64,000 nt of DNA from Eledone cirrhosa. Taxonomy: Eukaryota. The stretch lies in the NCBI GenBank assembly GCA_964016885.1, contig OZ024742.1, positions 242,792,001 to 242,856,000 of the forward strand. Direction: 5' to 3'. Made by a program: the position numbers and the translations under genes. The notes under the pieces were generated by a model. That model saw only the letters and a list, made by a program, of their open reading frames with translations, had not been told where the DNA came from and did not search any database. Below are positions 56,841 through 64,000 of this stretch, piece by piece (the stretch's first letter is position 1; every line of letters begins with the position of its first letter).

Positions 56841-57063
56841 ATACTTGTGGCCTCTTGGCCTTTGTCCCAGTCTGTACTGTACTTAATCTATTTATAAAGC
56901 ACCTATTGGCATCTATCGAAATGCCTTTTTTTATTCTTGAAATAAAAGATGTTAGGTATTTAAATATTGCATAAGATAATTTTTTAAATTATTTAGAATA
57001 TCTAAATACAGAAAGTAATAAAGAAAATAATAGAAAAATTTATTCTACAGAAACCATAAATGT

Positions 57064-57543
57064 TTACAGCACTTCAGTATATACAATGTTTTTAACTTTT
57101 TTCTTTGGAGCATATATGAAGAGTTTGTGAGGGCTTTCTAATCTGGAACAACTTACATACAATTGACCATGTGAGAAACTGCCCTCTTCTAGATGGAGAC
57201 TGACAACCTGCAGTGTTTGACCTTGGGGTTTGTTAATGATCATTGCATATCTGACTCTCAGTGGGGATTGCAATTGTTTGAAATGAAAAGGAACATTTGT
57301 TGGTATTAGAGGTATTCTAAGTATCATGTCTTCCTTGCCACACCCAATAAAGATCTTGGGTTCAATAATGTGAGGCTGTAGCTTAGTCACAACCATTTGC
57401 ATTCCATTGCTGATCCAGGTTTCTGAGAAGCATGATGACTGTGCCCTTCTTCAATTCAATGTTGTGTGGCAACATACCAGATGGTTCCAGATTGTTGAGA
57501 AATTCAATGGGATAATGAACAGCTTTGTCAATAGATTTATAGA
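57064..57543 (-). mobile_element. Helitron RepHel Pif1-helicase C-terminal fragment
   Basis: YPIEFLN, VIMLLRNLD, RIPLIP, AMIINKPQGQT, FSHGQLYVSCSR and NIVYTEVL. Confidence 0.85.
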
Positions 57544-58661
57544 GGCACATGGCTTAGTGGTTCGAGCATTGGCCTTGCAATCGAAAGATTGTGAGTTCAA
57601 TTCTCAGACCGGGTGATGTGTTGTTTCCTTGAGCAAGACACTTTATTTCACATTGCTCCAGTTTACTCAGCTGTAGAAATGAGGTGATAGGGACTGGGGT
57701 CCCTATCATTCCACTGCAAAATAGTCGTGGAGGTGCCACGGCAAAAAAGCACCCAGCACTCACTGTAAATGAGGTTGGTGTTAGGAAAGGCATCCAGCTG
57801 TAGAAATCAAGCCAAAATCAGTTCCCGCCCGACCCTTGCAAGCAGGGAAAAGCAGACGTAAAATGATGATGATGATCCGGCTTCCTCCAGGTATCATTTG
57901 TGAGAGATTTTTTTTGGGGGGTGGGGGTGCTTTTTCACACAACCACTCTTTGTTGGAATACTGGATTTCGAAATTGGGGAATACTTGATTAATTAAGTTT
58001 ACAAGAAGTCAGAATAACAACAATCAACTGTTATTATAGTGAAAGTCTTTTTTTAAAGTCTGTGCTGAATTGTTGGACATACAGAAACACACACATATAC
58101 ACAGCAATACATACATTACGGTTTTGTTAGTTAGGGAGAGGTGGAGTCAGTGAGAGCTGGAGTAGTATTTCACACTCAACGTAGATAGCATAGTTGCTAA
58201 AAAGAACAGTAAATTCTACACCCCTCATTCCATTTTCGGAAAATAAGTTGACTGCGATCTTGTTGGGGGTCAGATTAGTTGAAAACACACAAAAAAACCT
58301 TAATCATTATATATTTTATTTAGTGTTATTAGCGGTCAACGTACAAACAAACTTCCTAAGTCTAGATATATGTGTGTATTTTACATACAGCATAAGGTTC
58401 AAGGGAAAGAATTTATTTTTATTTATAGACTTAACCTTGTGTTGAAATGGAGTATTTGATTCTAAAAATTAAAATAAAAGCTTAGGCCAGAGAGTGCAAG
58501 AGTTCTCTTCATATTCTTGATTGATTTGCTGTTATTTTTCCATTAACATTTTTTTGTTTTTTGTCAATAATTGTTTAATCATTTACAAATATTTGTATCT
58601 ATTTTGTTTCAGTTTCCTGAATTACGTCCCTTTAAAGCAGTACGAAACACATTCTGTAATC

Positions 58662-58980
58662 ATGTCAGAGGTTGAAGCTACCCGCTTACGTTCCCAGCGA
58701 TCCCAGCCTCATCAACAGTCTTATATAAGATTTATTAACTGTACTGAAAGGCAAGTTGACATAGTTTGGTTGAACTATGAAGGTGTCAGTGTCCACTATA
58801 AAACTTTGTCATCTCAGCACTGGGTTGACGTGAACACTTTCGCTGGACATCCATGGATCTTCCGAGATACGAATACAGGTGATAAATTAGTAGTCCAGCG
58901 AAAGGAAGTATTTGAACCAGTGGCACACTGCTATCAACGTGATGGCACTTCACGCAGAGTTGTTAACATCGTAATACCAG
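58662..58980 (+). CDS. VHL: von Hippel-Lindau tumour suppressor homolog, coding exon (beta domain)
   Basis: LRS..IRFINCTERQVDIVWLNYEG..Y.TL..VNTFAGHPWIFRD..TGDKLVV..VF.P..NI.IP matches the pVHL beta domain. Acceptor tttgtttcag ends at 58612 and the donor is ag|gtatgt at 58980/58981 (phase 1). No downstream BC-box exon was found in the window. Confidence 0.88.
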
Positions 58981-60284
58981 GTATGTTCACTTCTTTTTTT
59001 TTTTGCCCCATTGTTACTTTTAAATCTTTTATTTTATGAAGCTTAATAATGCATGAGAAATTAGGCATAAGAGGGATCAGGCGCAGTGTGCAGGAGAGGA
59101 GATTGCATTGGTATGGACATGTGATGTGTATGAAGGATGACAGCTACATAAAAAGGTGCAGGGCACTCAAAGTTAATGAAAGATATGGCATAGGAAGACT
59201 TGGGATGAGGTGAAAAAAAGCTGACCGTGTATAATTACACCACTCAAAGGTGATGACACAGGATCGAAATCTCTGGCGTTATGCAGTAATACTGAAGAAC
59301 CACCTTCCCATGTGCACAGCATGAAGCATACATTTAGTATGTACAACTTTCCTCTACCTTCTCTTCCATTCTTCCTTCCAAATACCTCCCACATCTTAAT
59401 ACCACACCCTTACACCCCACCCTAGATCTACCTCTCCAATCCCCACCCAGCCCCCAGTCCACACTGTCAAGTAGTCATGTAGGTGTCACAACAAAAAGTG
59501 CCCAGCCCACACTGTAAAGTGGTCGGTTTGGTGCCACAATAAAAAGCGCCCTGTACACACTGGAAATGTGGTTGGCATTAGGAAGGGCATCCAGCTGTAG
59601 AAACCTTGTAAGCAAGGAAAAGCAGAAATAAAATGATGATGATGATGATGATGATATATATATATATACACGTGTTAGGTAATTCCAAAGAAAAAGCAAA
59701 GGAAAAAAGAGTGCTCTATGTTTAGAACAGAGCTATTAGATATTAAATATATATCTATATATATGTGTACAAAAAGATGACAGTGTGCAAAGTACGATGC
59801 TGCATAGTAGTGAAACATGGGCTATGACTGCGTAGGATGAGCTTAGACCAGAGAGAAATGAAGCAACCATACTCCATTGGATGTGCACTGTAAGTGTGAG
59901 AGAGAGGCAGAGCTTGGGCGAGTTGAAGAAGCTGGGCTTAAGAGGAATTCGAGTTAGTGTACAGGAGAGAAGACTGCATTGGTTTGGATACGTAATGTGT
60001 ATGGACAATGATCGTTGGTTGAAGAAGTGTCAGAAAATACCAGTGGAAGGAAGTTGTGGTAGAGGTAGACCAAGAGAGACCTGGGAAGAGGTTGTGAGAG
60101 CTGACCACAGATCACTGAAACTCACAGTGGCGATGACAAAGGATTGCGACATGTGGAAAGATGCCTTGCTGAGAAGGACTCGTCCAACCCATGCAAGCAT
60201 GGAAAAGCAGATGTAAAAAACGATAATGGTGTATATATCATCATCATCATCATTTTACGTCCGCTTTTCCCTGCTTGCAAGGAT

Positions 60285-60449
60285 ACAACAATCGAAGAAT
60301 GTTTTAGAACATTTAATCACTTACGATCATTTCATCCAGGAATCATCGGAGTTTTAACATTTAACTATATACTCCGATGATTCCGGCCTCGTGCTAGGAT
60401 GAAGCGGTTGTAAGTGATTAAATGTTCTTAAACGCTCTTTGATTGTTGT
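60285..60449. repeat. Fold-back with a U4C hammerhead variant in each arm
   Basis: Right arm reads act-CCGATGA-ttcc...ggat-GAAG-cggttg-TA-agt (60371-60415). Left arm on the minus strand reads act-CCGATGA-ttcctggat-GAAA-tgatcg-TA-agt. Confidence 0.65.
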
Positions 60450-60544
60450 TTACAAAGTATTTTGACTCTGTAATATACTTGTTATTTTACATTGAGCTAT
60501 TCTCATACTTGTAATTGGATAATATTTAATATTACCCACATTTT

Positions 60545-62990
60545 ATCATCATCATCATCTTCTTTTAACGTACATTTTCCACACTGGCATGGGTTAGTCG
60601 GGAGTTGTCCCACTTGAGGCAAGTTTGGTCGGGTGACCATGTCTCGCTCATATAGGACTATCTGGCAGGTTTTCTGCAGGTTTTCTACAGCTGGATGCCC
60701 TTCCTTACACCAACCACATTTACAGTGTGGAACTGGGAACTTTTTACTGTGTTACACGGCCACATTACAGCGTGGACTGTGTTTTTTTTTCTCGTGACAC
60801 CTACACAATCTCGATCTCGATCTCATTATCTCATTTATTTGGACTGGATGTTGTGGTACCAACTTTATAGAGAGAGGGTGGTGTTGGTGGGAGTGGGAGG
60901 ATAGTGTAAGGGTAGTGGATTGGGGTGTATATTTGGTTAAGAGGTGCCTACTGACTGTAGGTTTCACTTTGTACATAGGCAAGGTGGGTCTTCTGTATTA
61001 CTGTGTAGCGCCAAAGATCCAGTGATATTGTCTTAGAGAGGTGCAAGTGTGTAAGGTCGGAATTTATCAGATCGTCCCAGGTTTATCTGGGTCTACCTAT
61101 TCCGTAACTACCATCAATTTTGATCGTCCTGCACTTTTCTATACAGCTGTCATCTTTCATGCGCATCACGTGGCCATACCAAAGTAGTCTTCTCTCGAGT
61201 AAACAGCATCTGATCCCTCTTATTCCTAATTTCTCACTTAGTTCATTTATGCTTTGCTGTTCACGTATATTACTATTACACATCCAACGGAGCATGCATG
61301 CTTCGTTCCTTTCCAGTCTACGCAGGTCCTCTACACGTAATGCCCATGTCTCACTGCCATATAGCATTGCTGTTCGTATACAAGCATCATACAATCTGCC
61401 TTTCATTTTTAGAGAGAAACCTTTTGTGGCCAACAGCGGTATAAGCTCTCTGAACTTTTTCCATCCCGTTCTGACTCTGGCTACTGTACTTTCAGAACAC
61501 CCTCCACCACTGCTGATTTTGTCACTCAGGTAACGGAAAGTGTCTACTATTTCTATAGAACCATCTGGGCAATAGAAGGGGCTAGTATCCTGTGGACACT
61601 TGCTACCTATTGCACCTGAGCATTGGCCACATATAAAGTCTACGTTCTTAGATAGTTTACCTGTGATCCCACTACATCTTTTATGTACCCATACTTTGCA
61701 TTTGGGACATAAAATTGAATTTCTGCCTACTCCTTTCCTACACACTGAGCAAGGCCATTTCCCTGAGGGTACCTGTGCCTTATTTTCCTTTCTACAAACT
61801 AGGACTTTAGTCTTAGACAAGTTAACTTTAAGGCCTTTTGATTCTAGGCCATGCTTCCATGTTTGGAATTTCTTTTCTAGTTCAGCCATTGATTCAGCTA
61901 TGAGCGTTAGATCATCTGTGTATAGGAGTTCCCATGGGCAGCCGGTCTTGAACTCCTCTGTTATAGCCTGAAGGGCAATAATAAATAGGAGGGGGCTAAG
62001 GACAGAACACCAACTTTTACACTAAATTCTTCACAATATTCATTGTTAATTCTACTGACTGTTTGAAATAGAAATTTCTATTTCCAACCACATAGTCTCC
62101 ATTGATTCCATCATAGCCATCACTATGTTGTCCAACGTGGCCGTTTAGATCGCCAGCAATAATTAGGTAGTCGCTGTCGGTTATTTGGGAGGTAGTTTGC
62201 ATTAGCGTCTCATAGAACCTGTCCTTTATAATGTGAAGTAGACCAGATTGGGGTGCATAAGCGGATATTATTGTCACAGTAGTTTTATTTAGAACTAGCC
62301 TTATTTTAATTATTCTGTCATTTACTCTATTTACGTTGATTACCTTATCTACCCATTTTTCAGCTAACATAATTCCTACTCCACCTAGTCCGTTGTCATT
62401 TCCCACCCAGAAAAGTTTATTGCATCGTTTACCCACGATGAATCTGGCAGACCCCCTTCTCCACCTAGTCTCTTGAATACAACAAACATCAACTTCTTTA
62501 CGTTCAAGCATCTCTACAACCTCATTTGAGCGACCTTTTAATGTGCCTACATTCATGGTACCAACTCTGAAGTTGGGAGGGTGGGATGGATGGGTTAGAG
62601 GGGTAGGGAGGGGTATGGGAGACGGAATTATGTTGGTCATTTGTGTCTGAAATAGAGAGGGGTCTTTGAATTCTCGTCCTGCAGCAGGAGGTGAATTTAT
62701 CTTTATCTGTGACATCGACATTGAATGCTTAGACTTTCCAAATCTCCGCAGTCAACCCATCAAACAGGTCTAAACTTAAGGAGTAGTAACCGGGGCGGTA
62801 GCTTTGCTATACTGATTTATTAGGGAACTTACTAAAGCCGCTGAGTTTTGATTGGACCATTAGCAATGGTGATGGGTGGGAGGGCGGGAAATGGGTAACT
62901 TTAGGAGAAGGATTTGATTTAGAAAGGGTCCAACAGAATGAGACAAATAATTTTAAAACTTGTAAATATTAATTGAAAATCCGAGAGAAA
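60545..62990 (-). mobile_element. RTE-clade LINE, internally deleted (APE endonuclease, RT end with PHD-like finger, (GAT)n tail)
   Basis: TMNVGTL, IQETRW, ISAYAPQ and AGDLNGHVG; RT end LLYTDD; CSVC..CPKC..H..C..CGQC; LYGSETW. The 5' boundary is approximate. Confidence 0.85.
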
Positions 62991-63467
62991 CAAACAGGGA
63001 ATTTGAATTGTAGACTAGCATATCTCGGAGATTAAAAACACTGCTCATTGGGAAGACTACGGAATATGGAAGACAATGCTTACATTCTCAAATCAACAAG
63101 TCGTCCATAAGATAATTTAGATAGATATTAATACATGTTTTGTCTGTATGTGTGTGTTTTAAACTTATTATTTTCCTTTCATGAAAATGTGGATTGGCAG
63201 TATCAGTAGAGGGTCAGACGCCATGCTTTGCAGCATAGAGTTACGCCCCTTTATAGTCTGAGTTGAAATGCCGCAGAAGTTAACTTTGCCTTTCATCCTT
63301 ACGGGTTCTATAAAATAAAGTACCAGTAATGCACTGGGATAATTGCTGGCCTTGTGCCAAAAGTAGAAACAATTAGTTTCATTTTGTGTTCTAGTCTCAT
63401 CTATGTTTTCTTTATCTTTCCTTTCAGAGGCTATAAATATAGTATCAGTCAATTATTAGGGTTGTTA

Positions 63468-63642
63468 CGAGGGCAATCCCAAAAGTAAGGTCTCCTTCCG
63501 ATATTGTAACTTTTCTGTTAAAATCCTGTGGATGGTGCTTCAGGAAACCTCAGGAACCAAAATGCAGAGAACATCCAGAGTGATCCGCTGATCTTTATGT
63601 ATGTTTTCCTCGGAAGGAGACCTTACTTTTGGGATTGCTCTC
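63468..63642. mobile_element. Mariner-derived MITE
   Basis: TIRs of about 33 bp, cgagggcaatcccaaaagtaaggtctccttccga and its reverse complement, flanked by TA. Confidence 0.8.
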
Positions 63643-64000
63643 TATATAATAACTGCGTAAAATTTGCACTTGGCGGTAGCGTTCAACGGGAGCTCCATTC
63701 TCAATGGCTGCCAAGCCAAGATTGAGCATCCCAGCGAAGCGCACGCATGCTTGTTTGGGAGTGAAGGAAGCACCAATCACAACAGTGTTGCCAACAGCCG
63801 TACGAACAGTTTCTCTGCGTCCCCATCACTTTGGAGACCTTCATCATCATCACCATCATCACCGTTTTACGTCCGTTCTTCCACGCTAGCATGGGTTAGA
63901 CGGGTTGTCCTGTTGTGGGCAGTGTCTGGTCGGCTGACCATGCCTTGCTCATACAGGAACTGATCTGGCTTGATTTCTACAGCTGGATGCCCTTCCTAAC

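Noticed and set aside
58521-58661. N-terminal extension of the 172-aa ORF over VHL
   Set aside because: It reads through the intronic polypyrimidine tract. The ATG at 58662 fits the VHL alignment.

Overview
AT-rich, repeat-saturated animal genomic DNA. The SINE and microsatellite repertoire suggests a cephalopod, probably Octopus (inference). The only host gene I can support is a VHL (von Hippel-Lindau) coding exon at 58662-58980 (+). Most ORFs in the track are microsatellite artefacts. Transposons include a near-complete Neptune-type Penelope-like element (PLE; RT + GIY-YIG) with a 5' inverted pLTR, a second PLE GIY-YIG fragment missed by the ORF track, R4/Dong, RTE, CR1-like and CRE non-LTR elements, mariner, Merlin, hAT MITEs, Helitrons and two SINE families. 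The most striking pattern is a set of 8-10 sequence-unrelated fold-back islands, mostly inside (TA)n microsatellites. Most carry hammerhead ribozyme (HHR) motifs, including minimal forms with a palindromic stem III and core variants (U3-A8, U4A, U4C, U.U closing stem II). The PLE also has a T TTT TTA slippery site exactly where an upstream ORF overlaps the RT frame at -1. All structures were read by eye and no folding or search was run.
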